A stretch of 64,000 nt of DNA from an uncultured Acidobacteriota bacterium (GTDB taxonomy: Bacteria > Acidobacteriota > UBA6911). The notes below the pieces were generated by a model. It saw only the letters and a program-made list of their open reading frames with translations, was not told the DNA's origin and did no database searches. The stretch lies in assembly GCA_963747985.1 (NCBI GenBank), contig CAVVHG010000012.1, positions 36,054 through 100,053 of the forward strand, written 5' to 3'. The position numbers and the translations under genes were made by a program. Every line of letters starts with the position of its first letter. The stretch's first letter is position 1. Below are positions 35,855 through 47,287 of the stretch, in pieces.

Positions 35855-38077
35855 ATGACTGGATCTAATGGCTTTGTTTCGGTCCGACCCCGATTGATTG
35901 TGCTGGTTCTGTTTGCATCTGCTTTTGCGATCGGTCAGGAGGAAGAAGACCTGAGTGTCTTCTGGAAGTGGGCAAGGTGGAGTAATCCCGGAGGCCTTCT
36001 GATCACTCATTTCATTGAGCAGGCAGACAAATATTACGACCTCCGGGATAGGGAGATAGCAAATCTGAAGACGAAGGGCGAGTGGCTGAAACGACAGGAC
36101 CGCGTCAAAGCCGCTCTCCTGAGAATAGTCGGCCCGTTACCGGAAAAGACTCCTCTGAATCCGCGGATCACAGGTGTTGTCAAGAAGGATGGGTACAGGA
36201 TCGAGAAGCTGATCTATGAATCCATGCCCGGGTTTTTTGTGACTGGATGCCTGTTCATACCGGAAACGGTGAGAGGGCCGTCCCCGGCTATACTCAATGT
36301 CATCGGGCACAACCAGGAAGCCTTCAGGGACGAGCTGTACCAGATCGTTTATCTAAACCTGGTGAAGAAAGGGTTCGTGATTTTGGCCATCGACCCCATC
36401 GGGCAGGGTGAGGATGTGCAGTATTACGATCCGAAGATTCAGTTCTCCTCGGTGGGATACACTGTCATTGAGCATTGCTATTTCGGGAACCAGTGCTTTC
36501 TCTCCGGGGTCTCGCCGGGAAGGTACTTTGCCTGGGACGGCATCAGGGGAATCGATTATCTGCAGACTCGGCCTGAGGTCGACCCGAACAGGATTGGAGT
36601 TACCGGATTCTCCGGCGGGGGAACGGTGACGTCCTATATCGGCGCCCTGGATGAAAGGGTCAAGGTGTCCGTGCCCTGCAGCTGGTCTACCGCATCAAGA
36701 AGGCAGACGGAAACCAAAGGCGCCCAGGATGCTGAGAGCATCTTCGTTCGCGGGCTGGCAGAAGGAATCACCTTTGAAGACCTGATCGAAGTCAGGGCGC
36801 CCAAACCGACCCTCATGACCTTCACAACGCGCGACGAGTACCTTTCCATACAGGGAGCCCGGGAGGCCTACCAGGAGATCAGGAAGGCATACAGGGCATT
36901 GGGCCGGGAAGAGAACGTCGCGTTCGTTGAAGACGACTATAAGCACTGGATGACGCCGCCGATTCGAACGGCTATATATGCATTCTTCATGAAGCATCTC
37001 GGGGTGGCTGGTGATCCCACTGAAAAAGAGGTCTCAATTCTGCCAAAAGACGAGCTGAAGGTAACGCCAACCGGGCAGATATCGACTTCCCTCCACGGCA
37101 AGAATGTATTCAGCATCAACAGGGCAGAAACCGAGACATTGCTGGAAAGCCTCGAGAGATCGAGAAGGAACGTCGCCGTACACCTGAACGAGGTCAGTAA
37201 TAAAGCGAAAAGGCTCTCCGGGTACGTTGCACCCGGGAGCGACTCGGCAACGGCCTTTTTCAACGGGAGATACCGCCGGGAAGGCTATTCCGTAGGCCGG
37301 TACGCGCTTCGAGGCGAGGGCGAATATGTGGTACCCCTACTCCTGTTTGTGCCCGAAGGCATAAACAGAGGCCTTCCGGCACTGGTCTACCTTCATCCTC
37401 AGGGCAAGAAGGAGGAGGCAAAACCGGGCGGAGAAATAGAGAGGCTGGTCAGGAGAGGGTACGTAGTCGCCGCGGCTGATCTTCTGGGTGTCGGTGAGAC
37501 GAAGAACACGGTCACGAGGGCCCTGGCGGACGACTATACGGGTGTGATGATCGGGCGGAGCACAGTCGGAATCCAGGCGGGGGACATCGTCCGGGTCGCC
37601 GGCTATCTGAGACAACTGGACTATGTGAATCCCGCACGGATCGGCGCTGTCGGACTCGATGAGATGTGCCTGCCCCTGATCCACGCTGCGGCATTTGAGC
37701 CTTCGATAAGGGGCGCGGTGCTCGTCGGCTCGCTGATTTCGTATCGTTCCGTGGCGATGAACGAATTCTACAGGATCGGGCTGATCCGGAACGAGGGGGG
37801 AGGCTATGTCCACCCTAACGAGGTGGATTTCTCCTGGGGAGTCGCCGGGGCGCTGACCGGTTATGATCTGCCCGACCTCATCGGGTGTATCGCGCCGCGC
37901 AGAGTCGTGCTGGCAGGTTTGAAGAATCAACTTCTCGTGCCCGCCTCAGACCAGGAAATTCAAACCGACACAGCGTTTCCGAATCTGGCTTATTCGCACC
38001 ATGGCGCCTCTGCGAACCTGAGGGTAGTGCCGGCTGGAGAGGATCTCGTTTCCCTGGTGGACTGGTGTCTGAAATGA
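35855..38077 (+). CDS. Secreted alpha/beta-hydrolase-fold protein (acetyl-xylan esterase / dienelactone hydrolase-like), apparently with two hydrolase-like regions.
   Basis: Signal-like N-terminus. IGVTGFSGGGTVTSYIG (a nucleophile-elbow-like motif). A second region LPALVYLHPQGKKEE...VVAAADLLGVGE follows. 740 aa. Confidence 0.55.
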   Translation: MTGSNGFVSVRPRLIVLVLFASAFAIGQEEEDLSVFWKWARWSNPGGLLITHFIEQADKYYDLRDREIANLKTKGEWLKRQDRVKAALLRIVGPLPEKTPLNPRITGVVKKDGYRIEKLIYESMPGFFVTGCLFIPETVRGPSPAILNVIGHNQEAFRDELYQIVYLNLVKKGFVILAIDPIGQGEDVQYYDPKIQFSSVGYTVIEHCYFGNQCFLSGVSPGRYFAWDGIRGIDYLQTRPEVDPNRIGVTGFSGGGTVTSYIGALDERVKVSVPCSWSTASRRQTETKGAQDAESIFVRGLAEGITFEDLIEVRAPKPTLMTFTTRDEYLSIQGAREAYQEIRKAYRALGREENVAFVEDDYKHWMTPPIRTAIYAFFMKHLGVAGDPTEKEVSILPKDELKVTPTGQISTSLHGKNVFSINRAETETLLESLERSRRNVAVHLNEVSNKAKRLSGYVAPGSDSATAFFNGRYRREGYSVGRYALRGEGEYVVPLLLFVPEGINRGLPALVYLHPQGKKEEAKPGGEIERLVRRGYVVAAADLLGVGETKNTVTRALADDYTGVMIGRSTVGIQAGDIVRVAGYLRQLDYVNPARIGAVGLDEMCLPLIHAAAFEPSIRGAVLVGSLISYRSVAMNEFYRIGLIRNEGGGYVHPNEVDFSWGVAGALTGYDLPDLIGCIAPRRVVLAGLKNQLLVPASDQEIQTDTAFPNLAYSHHGASANLRVVPAGEDLVSLVDWCLK

Positions 38078-38098
38078 GACGGATGGGGACGCGGGGAA

Positions 38099-38827
38099 TC
38101 ATCTGTCTCCCTTGGGATTCAGCGCGCCAGGTTCGTCCGACGCTGTGAGGCTCGAAAAGCCATAGTCCCTGTTCGCAGCAGGTGTGCCCTGTATGAAGAA
38201 TCCCATGCCGGGGTTTCCGCTCGGGTAGGTGCTGTCGACGGCCTGTGCTACTTGCACGTTGTTGATGTAGGCGGTGATGACGTTACCGACGATCGTGGCC
38301 TTGACTGTGTCCCCGTTCGATATGCCGCACTTGATCCCTTTTTGATCTGCAAGATAGGTAAAATCTCCGAGAGGTCCGTTCCATCTTACGATCTGTACGT
38401 AAGAGTCCGGCCCCTTGAGTGATCTGAACAGAATCTCGTATCCCGTACATCTCCGGGGAGAGATGGAGCTGCGAAGTCGGATTTCCACCTCTTCGTAGAA
38501 CTTCTTGCCTCTCTGATTCCCGGCATAGACAGTGGCAGTCACCGACTGATCTGGCCCCCAGGCTCCCTTCAGCAATGCTGTTGAGTCGTCATACCCATTT
38601 GACCCTGACTGAGTTCCGAAGGCGAGCCCCGGCACCGTTGAAACATCCGCCCAATCAAGGCCGGGAGTCTTACCATTTGTCCATTTGCCATTCTCGGAAA
38701 TCGGGCTTTCAGCCCTCTGGAAATTCGTGGTGTAAGTCTCGGCTTCGCCATCGGGCAACAACAACGTCCCGGAGAACAGAAACATCAGGAGAGCAACAAT
38801 TCCTCCACTCCCGTGCCTTTTGCTCAT
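38099..38827 (-). CDS. Secreted hypothetical protein, possibly with a ConA-like beta-sandwich fold.
   Basis: Signal peptide (IVALLMFLFSGTLLL). No diagnostic catalytic motif was recognised. The function is unassigned. Confidence 0.4.
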   Translation of the reverse strand: MSKRHGSGGIVALLMFLFSGTLLLPDGEAETYTTNFQRAESPISENGKWTNGKTPGLDWADVSTVPGLAFGTQSGSNGYDDSTALLKGAWGPDQSVTATVYAGNQRGKKFYEEVEIRLRSSISPRRCTGYEILFRSLKGPDSYVQIVRWNGPLGDFTYLADQKGIKCGISNGDTVKATIVGNVITAYINNVQVAQAVDSTYPSGNPGMGFFIQGTPAANRDYGFSSLTASDEPGALNPKGDR

Positions 38828-39065
38828 GTGGAAGGCCTCACCATCACTTTGACTCAGTCCCGCAGATACAGGGCGCAGATCTTGGATGACGGTATCGAAT
38901 GCGTCTGATCACCGATCGTTTCCCTGATGTGTGGGAAGACAGAGGGGAAGAAAATTCAACTATGAGGTGAAACCCGGCAGGGCTATAATAGCCCCAATCC
39001 TTAGAGTACATCGCGGACAGGGATTCTGACAGAACGACCGACAGACTGTCGTCGGAGGCACCTCT

Positions 39066-42035
39066 ATGATTGGTCAGACCTTTTCCCATTACCGGGTTAC
39101 GGAGAGGCTGGGCGGCGGGGGGATGGGTGTCGTCTACAAAGCCGAGGACACCAAGCTCAAACGCGCCGTCGCCCTGAAGTTCCTGCCCGAGGACCTGTCC
39201 CTGGACCCGCATGCGCTCGAAAGGTTCCAGCGTGAGGCCAAGGCAGCTTCCGCACTCAACCATCCGAACATCTGCACGATCCACGACATCGACGAGCAAA
39301 GTGGGCGTCATTTCATTGCGATGGAGTATCTCGAGGGCAAGACCCTCAATCGTCGTATTCTGGACAGCCCTCTCAGCACGGAGGAAATTCTCGACCTGGC
39401 CGTTCAGCTCGCAGATGGCCTGGATGCAGCCCATTCTCAGGGGATCATTCACCGGGACATCAAACCCGCCAACATTTTCATTACAAAGCGTGGCCACGCC
39501 AAAGTGCTTGATTTCGGACTGGCCAAGTTAGTGCCGGAACACCTGATAGCGAGGAGGTCCGCAGAGGGAACGGCTGTTCCCACAGCCGCAACAGCCGAGC
39601 CTCGACTGACCGGCCCCGGCACGGCAATGGGCACGGTAGCTTACATGTCGCCGGAACAGGCGCTTGGGGAAGACTTGGACGCGCGCAGCGACCTTTTTTC
39701 CCTCGGGGTAGTGCTTTATGAAATGGCCACCGGCTCGGTTCCGTTCCGCGGAACGACATCGGCAGCCACGATCGATGCCATACTGCACAGAGCCCCCACC
39801 GCCCCCGTACGCCTGAATCCGGATTTGCCGCAGGAGCTGGAGAGGATCATCAACAAGGCGATCGAGAAGGAACGGCGGCTTCGCTACCAGACAGCATCAG
39901 ATCTGCGGGCAGACTTGGAGCGGCTTAAGCGTGATCTGGAATCGGAGCGAAGACACGCTCAGTCCGGCGCCCCCGAAGGTCCGTGGAATCGACAGATGCC
40001 GCCGAACGGTGCACGATCTCTCAAGCGGGAGGCTCCGGCCGATCGCCCAGGCCCGGATCCGGCAAGTAATGGTGCGTGCAAGCGACCGACCACACGGAAA
40101 CTGAAGGCCGCTATCTCGACTATCGGCGTCGCAGCGACACTTTTGATCCTGGTGGTGGTCTTCTGGCCGAGGCCGGTGTTCCTCCCCTGTGTCCTGCTGA
40201 GCAGTTTTGAGGGTGAGACCACCTCCGTAAGCCCGGACATCGTGCGCTTCGCGGTCGAGCGTGTGCTCTCGCAATTTCCGGAAATCACGGTCACCAACGA
40301 ACAGGAATATGGGCTGATGGCCGCCCTCGAGAAAGAGCGGCTGAATGAGTCGGCAGAGGTTGCAGGACTGACCGATCGACTGAGGCGCCTGATCAACGCG
40401 GGGAATGAGAAAGAGCTCCGGCCAGCCATTCGGGTTTCCGGACATGTCTACGAATCCCCAACTGGCATTACCCTCAGATTCAAGATTGCTGACTTGGGAG
40501 AGAACCGGGATGTCGTGATTGAATCACGAGGCGTGAATGATCTGTTGGCACGCGTGATTGATGACCTGGCTCTGCGGATATGGCGCCTCTACCATGACGG
40601 AACGGGGAAGGGTAGTAACACCCCGCCACACGCCATTCCTGCAACACGTCTGCTTTCTCCCCACTGGGACGCTGTCCTGTACTACTGGCGCGGCGCTGAA
40701 GCTTGGGAGCGACTCGAAGTGGTGCTGGCGCAAAATCAGCTGACGCGTGCCCTGGAGGTCGACCCGGGCTTTGCGCTGGCCCACCTCATGCTCGGTGAGC
40801 TCCTGGTTTTCCAGAACCAATGGAGCCAGGCGTTGACCGAAATTGACACTGCGCGCCTGCATAGGACGGCGCTCACCGAAATTGATCAACTGCGAGCTGA
40901 TGCCCTCTTTGCCCGCGCCGCGGGAAATACGCTCGAAGAGCGAACATGCCTGCAGAAGCTTACCGAACTTCGGCCTCACAGAAAGGAGTATCGTTACGAG
41001 CTGGCAGAGTCTTACTTCCACACCGCAGACGTGGAAATGGCCATACCCAGGTATCTGAATGCGCTGCAGCTGGACCCCCAATACGCGCTCGCCTGTAACC
41101 ACCTGGGACTCTGCTACAGCTGGAAGGGTGACCACGCGAGAGCCTTCGAAGCGTTGCGGAAGTACCTCGAGATCGATCACTCAGCAAACGCTCTCGACAG
41201 CATCGGGGACGCATGTTTGTGCGCGGGTGCATACGAGGATGCAGCCAAGTACAAGCTCATGGCAGTCCAGCAGGACCCTTCGCTCTATTATGCCCGCCGC
41301 AGCTTGCCATACATAGATCTGTTCCGCGGCAGATTCGGGAGAGCAGAGTCGCGGCTTCTTGACCTTCTTCAAACAGACGAGGACAAGCTTGAAAAGGCGC
41401 GGCACTATGCCGCACTGGCGTTCGTCTACTACAGAAACAGGAATTTCACACAAGCCGCAAAGACCTGTCGTCTGGGACAGGGTCTTGTCACCCCCAGCCC
41501 GAAGAACGAGCCTGGTGACGAATTGACGTGGCTGAACGGCCTGATCGAGCTTGAGCGAAAGAATCTGGGGGGTGCGAGTCAGGCATTGGAGCAACTGCGG
41601 ACTGCTCTTGATGCAGGGTCGGTCACGGCAACGAACTACAAGCCGGTTTACAAGTACTGGCTGCATTTACTGGCGTGCGTCCGTGCAGCTGAAGGACGCC
41701 GAGATGAGGCTATGCGGGCTTTGAACGACCTTCGGGCCATTCAATACAAGCTCGGGTACTGGGGCACACCCTACGACCGAGCCTTCTTCCTGAACGAGAT
41801 AGGAATGGTATTTGAGAGAATTGGCGGGATGAAGGACGCCGGAGACTCCTACAGGCAGGCACTCGCCTACAACTCCCATTACGCCCTGTCGCATTTCTAC
41901 CTGGCGCGCATACTGCAGAACGATCGGAAAGTGGTCGAAGCTCGGCAGGAAGCGGAGCAGTTCCTGAGGGAATGGCAGAGCGCAGATCCCGGTGTCCTTG
42001 AACTTGCTGCCGCCCGCGCGATAGCCGGCCGATAG
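39066..42035 (+). CDS. Ser/Thr protein kinase with a TM segment and C-terminal TPR repeats.
   Basis: [30 protein letters not shown] (G-loop and VAIK-like lysine), [15 protein letters not shown], and SPEQ in APE context. A hydrophobic stretch is followed by TPR-like repeats. 989 aa. Confidence 0.85.
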   Translation: MIGQTFSHYRVTERLGGGGMGVVYKAEDTKLKRAVALKFLPEDLSLDPHALERFQREAKAASALNHPNICTIHDIDEQSGRHFIAMEYLEGKTLNRRILDSPLSTEEILDLAVQLADGLDAAHSQGIIHRDIKPANIFITKRGHAKVLDFGLAKLVPEHLIARRSAEGTAVPTAATAEPRLTGPGTAMGTVAYMSPEQALGEDLDARSDLFSLGVVLYEMATGSVPFRGTTSAATIDAILHRAPTAPVRLNPDLPQELERIINKAIEKERRLRYQTASDLRADLERLKRDLESERRHAQSGAPEGPWNRQMPPNGARSLKREAPADRPGPDPASNGACKRPTTRKLKAAISTIGVAATLLILVVVFWPRPVFLPCVLLSSFEGETTSVSPDIVRFAVERVLSQFPEITVTNEQEYGLMAALEKERLNESAEVAGLTDRLRRLINAGNEKELRPAIRVSGHVYESPTGITLRFKIADLGENRDVVIESRGVNDLLARVIDDLALRIWRLYHDGTGKGSNTPPHAIPATRLLSPHWDAVLYYWRGAEAWERLEVVLAQNQLTRALEVDPGFALAHLMLGELLVFQNQWSQALTEIDTARLHRTALTEIDQLRADALFARAAGNTLEERTCLQKLTELRPHRKEYRYELAESYFHTADVEMAIPRYLNALQLDPQYALACNHLGLCYSWKGDHARAFEALRKYLEIDHSANALDSIGDACLCAGAYEDAAKYKLMAVQQDPSLYYARRSLPYIDLFRGRFGRAESRLLDLLQTDEDKLEKARHYAALAFVYYRNRNFTQAAKTCRLGQGLVTPSPKNEPGDELTWLNGLIELERKNLGGASQALEQLRTALDAGSVTATNYKPVYKYWLHLLACVRAAEGRRDEAMRALNDLRAIQYKLGYWGTPYDRAFFLNEIGMVFERIGGMKDAGDSYRQALAYNSHYALSHFYLARILQNDRKVVEARQEAEQFLREWQSADPGVLELAAARAIAGR

Positions 42036-42271
42036 ACGCCGCGCCGTCGCTTGCCTGCTGGCGCTGGCACTGATCGAAACCGTGCTGAACCTGTAACATC
42101 AGGGCTACTCTGCAGCAAAGTGCGCTCAGTTCAGCGTTTCCACGCCTCTTACAGGTTCAGGCTCCAACTGATGCAGATCGAAGGTCAGGATTTCGTTCTG
42201 CCTTTCTTCAACCAGGGAGCGGGGCAATACAGACGCTTCCGGGGCCCGATATCCCGGTACCGCCCCAAGTT

Positions 42272-42499
42272 GTGCTTATTTACCCGCACGATCCGCTTCC
42301 GGCCGTTTCGTTCCTGCCCGGAAGCCTCGACCCGCACAAACTCGGTGAAGCACTCTACAAGAGGGACAGGATTGGATCTATGATACGCGGTGGACCGGAT
42401 CGCGGCGGCCTCCGCTTTTCGCCTCACATCTACAACTCGATGGCGGAGGCGGAGCCGGCAGTGAATGCGCTCAAGCGTTACTTGAGGACCGGAGTCTGA
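42272..42499 (+). pseudogene. C-terminal remnant of a class-V aminotransferase / cysteine desulfurase-like gene.
   Basis: ...IRGGPDRGGLRFSPHIYNSMAEAEPAVNALKRYL is the characteristic fold-type-I class-V C-terminus. No N-terminal PLP-binding region is present. An adjacent piece lies in another frame (42150-42270). Confidence 0.45.
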
Positions 42500-42579
42500 C
42501 GGGTGTCAGAACGACGGCAGGACATGCGGGCCCGGTTGCAGGCGACCCGAAACGCCTGCATGCTGTCGATACAGGATGG

Positions 42580-43909
42580 GTGGACATGACCCGAAAATTG
42601 CTTGTTCTCACGGTAGTGTCCTGCGCTTGTCTTCTCGGGCCTTTTCCCAAGACTGTGCGGGCTCAGGACACCGGCGCGACGCTTGAAGCAGCGAAATTCG
42701 ATCCAGTCGCCGCCACGGAATCGTATCTCGCCAGAATTCCTGCGGGAAAGCGGGCACAATCGGATGCATATTTTGAAGGAGGCTACTGGCTTCAGCTCTG
42801 GGACTTCGTGATCGGGGTCGGCCTCGCTTACCTGCTGCTCGCGGGGCGGTGGTCAGCCGGGATGAGAGACTCTGGCTGAACGCCTGACGCGGCGAAGGCC
42901 GCTGCAGACTCTCATCTACTGGATCCAATATCTCATCGTGACGACGCTGATCACATTCCCGATGACCGTTTACCAAGACTACTTTCGGGAGCACAAGTAC
43001 GGCCTGGCAACTCAGACTCTGGGGCCCTGGCTGGGAGATCAGCTCAAGAGCCTGATGGTAGGATCGATCCTGGGCGGAATTCTCATCATGGCGCTGTACG
43101 GCGTCGTCCGGAAGCTGCCGCGGACCTGGTGGATGTGGGGCCCGGTGGTGATGATTGTGTTGACGATCTTTGCGCTTCTCATCGGCCCCGTCTTTATTGA
43201 GCCTCTGTTCAACAAGTACACGCCCCTCACAGATCCTGCCATCCGCGAACCAATACTCAGGCTGGCGCGCGCGAACGGCATTGAAACCAACGACGTTTAC
43301 GTGTTTGACGCTTCCCGTCAAACGACCAGAGTCTCGGCGAATGTCGCCGGGTTTCTCGGCACCGAGCGCATCGCCTTGAACGACAACCTTTTGAAGCGAT
43401 GCACTCTCCCCGAGATCGAAACCGTCATGGCCCACGAAATGGGTCACTATGTCCTGAACCACATTTATAAGATGCTCAACTTTTTCCTGATCATCACGGT
43501 CGTCGGCTTTGTCTTCCTCCGATGGTCGTTCGATTTCAGCCTGAAGAAATGGGGGCGGAAATGGGGCGTGCGCGACATCGGCGATATGGCCGGGTTGCCC
43601 CTTGTCGTACTCCTCTTTTCCATTTTCTTCTTTTTTGTGACCCCCGTTACGAATACTTTCATTCGAGTCCAGGAAGCCGAGGCTGACATATACGGATTGA
43701 ACGCCGCGCGGCAACCGGATGGTGAAGCTGAGGTGGAGCTAAAGCTCGGTGAATATCGCAAGATGTCGCCGGGGTCCATCGAGGAGTTCATTTTCTACGA
43801 CCACCCGAGCGGCCGAAACCGGATCCTCATGGCAATGAGATGGAAGGCCGAGAATCTCGACCAGATGCCGGTCCGTGTGCCCGCGCAATCGACGGCGCCG
43901 GCCCCGTGA
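42580..43909 (+). CDS. M48 family metallopeptidase (Ste24 / CAAX-protease-like). The N-terminal 99 aa and the remaining 323 aa are separated by an apparent frameshift near 42865.
   Basis: ORF 42580..42879 (signal/TM region, ...GYWLQLWDFVIGVGLAYLLLAGRWSAGMRDSG-stop). The following frame reads ETLAERLTRRRPLQTLIYWIQYLIVTTLITFP...HEMGHYVLNH (HExxH)...EADIYG. A one-nucleotide shift within GGGATGAGAGACTCTGGCTGAACGC joins the two. Confidence 0.65.
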
Positions 43910-44050
43910 TTGCGCGTTTGGAAAGTCGCTGCTACAAGATGATGAATGGCCCTGTTCCGGGGCGAGTTGAGCGCCGCTCGGCGCGGTCGCTTACCGTCAC
44001 CGAAAGATGATAGACATCTCCCGACCGTTTCGAGAATTCAAGGAGACCAG

Positions 44051-46153
44051 ATGCGATTGACGATTTTCGCCGCCTGCCTGAGCTGTTTTCTCTATGTTGC
44101 CGCCTGCTCGCGGTCAAAGGCTCCGACTTCCAACCCTCTCCTTGCCGAATGGAAGACTCCATTTGGCGTGCCGCCGTTCGATCGCTTCAAACCGGAGGAC
44201 TTCATGCCGGCATTCGAGGAGGCGATCCGGCTGCATCACGCGGAGGTCGCAGCGATAGTCGAGGACACGAATCCCCCCGCTTTCGACAACACGGTCGCCG
44301 CCCTCGATGATTCCGGTGAGGCTCTGGCCCGGGTGAACAGCGTATTTGGTCTCCTGACCGGAGCCGAGACCAATGATCGCTTGCAGGCGATCGAAGCCAA
44401 AGTCGAGCCGATGCTTGCGGCGCACAATGACGACATCTACCTGAATGAATCCCTGTTCAAGCGAGTGAAGGCCGTTTATGACGGGCGCGACAATCTCAAG
44501 CTGGACACGGAACAGGCCACACTTCTGCGGAATGTCTACCGGCGCTTCTTGAGAGGCGGCGCCAACCTCACCCCGGCTCAGAAAGCGCGCCTGCGCGAAA
44601 TCAACCGGGAGCTGTCGACGCTGATCGTGAAGTTCTCCAACAACCTTCTGGAACAGACCAATGCATACAAGCTCGTCGTAGATTCAAAAGACCAGCTCGC
44701 CGGGTTGCCCGAGGACCAGCTGGCGGCAGCTGCGGCGGCCGCCGCGGAGGCCGGCCTTTCTGGTAAGTGGGTGTTCACTCTGAAGGCGCCCTGCATCTGG
44801 CCGTTCCTGCAGAGCTCCTCGAATCGTGACCTGCGCCGGCAGATTCTCACGGCTTACGCAAACCGCTGCGACAAAACCGGAGAGACCGACAACACTGTCG
44901 TCTTTGCGACGATCGCGAAGCTGCGCATCGAGAAGGCGCAGCTTCTGGGCTACAGGACGTGGGCCAACTTCATCCTCGACGAGTATATGGCGAAGAATCC
45001 CGAGAATGTGTACCAGCTGTTGGAGCAGCTCTGGAAGCCGGCGCTGGCCCGGGCAAAAGAGGAAGCCTTCGACATGCAGGCCATGATCGACCGCGAGAGG
45101 GGCGGATTCAGACTCGAGCCGTGGGACTGGCGATACTATTCCGAGAAGGTTAAGAGAGCGAAGTACGATCTTGATGAGGAGGCGATCAAACCGTACCTGC
45201 CGATCGACGAGGTGCGTGAGGGCGCGTTCACGCTGGCGAACAAGCTTTACGGCATAACTCTCGCGGAGCTCACGAACGTGCCCGTCTACCATCCCGAGGT
45301 GAAAGTCTTCGAGGCCAGGGAGAAGGACGGTAAGTTCATCGGCATCCTGTACATGGATTTCTATCCGCGGCCGGGCAAACGTGGCGGTGCCTGGTGCTCC
45401 ACGATCCGGGACCAGTGGATCAAAGAGGGCCAGTTCGTGACTCCGATCGTCTACAGCGTGTTCAACTTCACCAGACCGACACACGACACGCCGGCGCTGC
45501 TGACGCGGGACGAGGCGGAGACGCTCTTCCATGAGTTCGGCCACGCGTTGCACTCCCTGTTCTCAGCCTGCCGTTTCCGCGGGAGCAGCTTCTATATCGC
45601 CCAGGACTTCGTCGAACTGCCGAGCCAGGTGATGGAGAACTGGGTCTTCGAGCCTCAGCTCCTCAAATTGTATGCGCGCCACTACAAGACGGGAGAGATA
45701 ATGCCGGAGGCACTGGTGGCGAGGATTCGCAAGGCCATGACATTCAACCAGGGCTTCGAGATGACCGAGTACCTGGCAGCGTCTTTCCTGGATATGGACT
45801 GGCACACGTTGACCGAACCGAAGCTCCAGGACGCCGATGCTTTCGAAAAGGCGAGCATGGCCAGGTGGGGACTGATTCCGCAGATCCTGCCGCGCTATCG
45901 GACGCCCTACTTCGCGCATGCGGCTGACGAGTATTCGGCCGGCTACTACAGTTACACATGGAGCGCGGTGCTTGACTCCGACGCGTTCCAGGCGTTCAAA
46001 GAGAAGGGCGACCTTTTCGACCCTGAAACCGCGGCGGCTTTCCGCCAGCTTCTTTCAAAAGGCGGGGGTGAAGATCCTGCGGTGTTGTTCCGGCAGTTCC
46101 GCGGCCGCGACCCGAAGGTGGACGCCCTGCTGATCAAGCGTGGCCTCAGGTAG
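44051..46153 (+). CDS. dcp: M3 family metallopeptidase (peptidyl-dipeptidase Dcp / oligopeptidase A-like), lipoprotein.
   Basis: RBS AAGGAG. MRLTIFAACLSCFLYVAACS (lipobox). ...TLFHEFGHALHSLFS (HEFGH zinc motif). About 700 aa. Confidence 0.85.
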   Translation: MRLTIFAACLSCFLYVAACSRSKAPTSNPLLAEWKTPFGVPPFDRFKPEDFMPAFEEAIRLHHAEVAAIVEDTNPPAFDNTVAALDDSGEALARVNSVFGLLTGAETNDRLQAIEAKVEPMLAAHNDDIYLNESLFKRVKAVYDGRDNLKLDTEQATLLRNVYRRFLRGGANLTPAQKARLREINRELSTLIVKFSNNLLEQTNAYKLVVDSKDQLAGLPEDQLAAAAAAAAEAGLSGKWVFTLKAPCIWPFLQSSSNRDLRRQILTAYANRCDKTGETDNTVVFATIAKLRIEKAQLLGYRTWANFILDEYMAKNPENVYQLLEQLWKPALARAKEEAFDMQAMIDRERGGFRLEPWDWRYYSEKVKRAKYDLDEEAIKPYLPIDEVREGAFTLANKLYGITLAELTNVPVYHPEVKVFEAREKDGKFIGILYMDFYPRPGKRGGAWCSTIRDQWIKEGQFVTPIVYSVFNFTRPTHDTPALLTRDEAETLFHEFGHALHSLFSACRFRGSSFYIAQDFVELPSQVMENWVFEPQLLKLYARHYKTGEIMPEALVARIRKAMTFNQGFEMTEYLAASFLDMDWHTLTEPKLQDADAFEKASMARWGLIPQILPRYRTPYFAHAADEYSAGYYSYTWSAVLDSDAFQAFKEKGDLFDPETAAAFRQLLSKGGGEDPAVLFRQFRGRDPKVDALLIKRGLR

Positions 46154-46154
46154 C

Positions 46155-46176
46155 GGGGGACATTCACCAGTGTCCC
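46155..46176. repeat. REP-like palindromic element, copy 2 (GGGGGACATTCACCAGTGTCCC), immediately 3' of dcp.
   Basis: Same family as 11814. Reverse orientation. Confidence 0.65.
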
Positions 46177-46274
46177 TTACGGGTCGGCGCGTCTCACTGA
46201 TGCAGTGGTGCTCGGTATGCCTGGTAAGAGGTACTAGCGCGCAGTTGCTCTGTTTCCGGCTGTGGTCTTACTCT

Positions 46275-47207
46275 TCAGTTCATTCGGGACACCGGTGACT
46301 GTCCCCCTCTGATCTCTACGACGATCCGGAAGGGGTTTGGCGTCTCCGAGACCGTGCACTCGGCCCCGGGCTTCAGATCGAGTACTATGCGGACGATACC
46401 AGGCTGGTACTGGGCTGCGCGGACCCTCCTGAGGAATCGGTCGTTGACGGGAACGATACTGTCGGACGTATCCAGGACAAGCCAGGTGTTGGAGAAATCC
46501 AGGAAGAATCTGTCCGGGTTTCTGATTCGTTGCACCTGGTAACCGGCGCGCTCGTCAAAGTCTATCGTCACGCGCGTGTGATCAGCCTCGGACCGGTAGT
46601 TGATACTCCGAACGGCCGCGGCCCGCACGCCTGCCTGCGGTGCCGGAGATTGTGCAGGGGCAGGTCCCGCCTTCGATTGCGGCTGAACGGCCTTTTCCGG
46701 CAACTGGGACGGCATGGGAACGCTTGGGGCGGGCTCCGACATCGCCTCCTGGGCCGGACCCATCGCAGCCAGGCGCAGAATCGCATAGGGCCTGAAGGGG
46801 CTGGCAGGGTAATCCTTCATGAGGAACCGCAATAGCCGCACTGCTTCCAGGTCATACTCAGGAGCTTTGAACCGCGCAGCTATTTCCTGGTAGAGAGTTG
46901 CGGCCTCATATATGGCGTCGTCGCTACCCTCAAAATGCGGATCACTCAAGTAGACGCGCTTGTAGAGGCTGATGCAGCGGAGGTAGTCACCTATGCCGGC
47001 CGATTGGTCGGCATCGAGTTTCTTCTTCAGCGTGCGCGCCTGGTTCAGCGCAGTCGCAGCAGTATCAGGGTCCCGTTGTTGGGCTCCACCGGGCCAGGGG
47101 AACCACAGCCCTGCCAGGACGGCGGCCAACAGGATCCGGGTGAATCCCCGGCCCCATCTCGCCCGGGCTTTGCCGCTCTGCATGTCTGCCATGCTAGGCC
47201 GACGCAT
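46275..47207 (-). CDS. Secreted TPR/YbgF-like plus AMIN-domain protein.
   Basis: N-terminal TPR-like region (ALNQARTLKKK...YPASPFRPYAILRLAAMG), an Ala/Pro/Gln-rich linker, and a C-terminal AMIN-like domain (RVTIDFDERAGYQVQRIRNPDRFFLDFSN...IVRIVLDLKPG...FRIVVEI). The last codons ([11 protein letters not shown]) are encoded by REP copy 3. The start is uncertain (47207, 47192 or 47183). Confidence 0.5.
   Translation of the reverse strand: MRRPSMADMQSGKARARWGRGFTRILLAAVLAGLWFPWPGGAQQRDPDTAATALNQARTLKKKLDADQSAGIGDYLRCISLYKRVYLSDPHFEGSDDAIYEAATLYQEIAARFKAPEYDLEAVRLLRFLMKDYPASPFRPYAILRLAAMGPAQEAMSEPAPSVPMPSQLPEKAVQPQSKAGPAPAQSPAPQAGVRAAAVRSINYRSEADHTRVTIDFDERAGYQVQRIRNPDRFFLDFSNTWLVLDTSDSIVPVNDRFLRRVRAAQYQPGIVRIVLDLKPGAECTVSETPNPFRIVVEIRGGQSPVSRMN
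46286..46307. repeat. REP-like palindromic element, copy 3 (GGGACACCGGTGACTGTCCCCC), overlapping the 3' end of the AMIN-protein gene.
   Basis: Identical core to copy 1. Confidence 0.7.
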
Positions 47208-47287
47208 GTGGGATGTCAACCAAGGTACTGAAACTGAAGGTATTGCAGGGAGTGCGCGCCGCCCGCATGTTGTGCCCGAAGCCGCTC

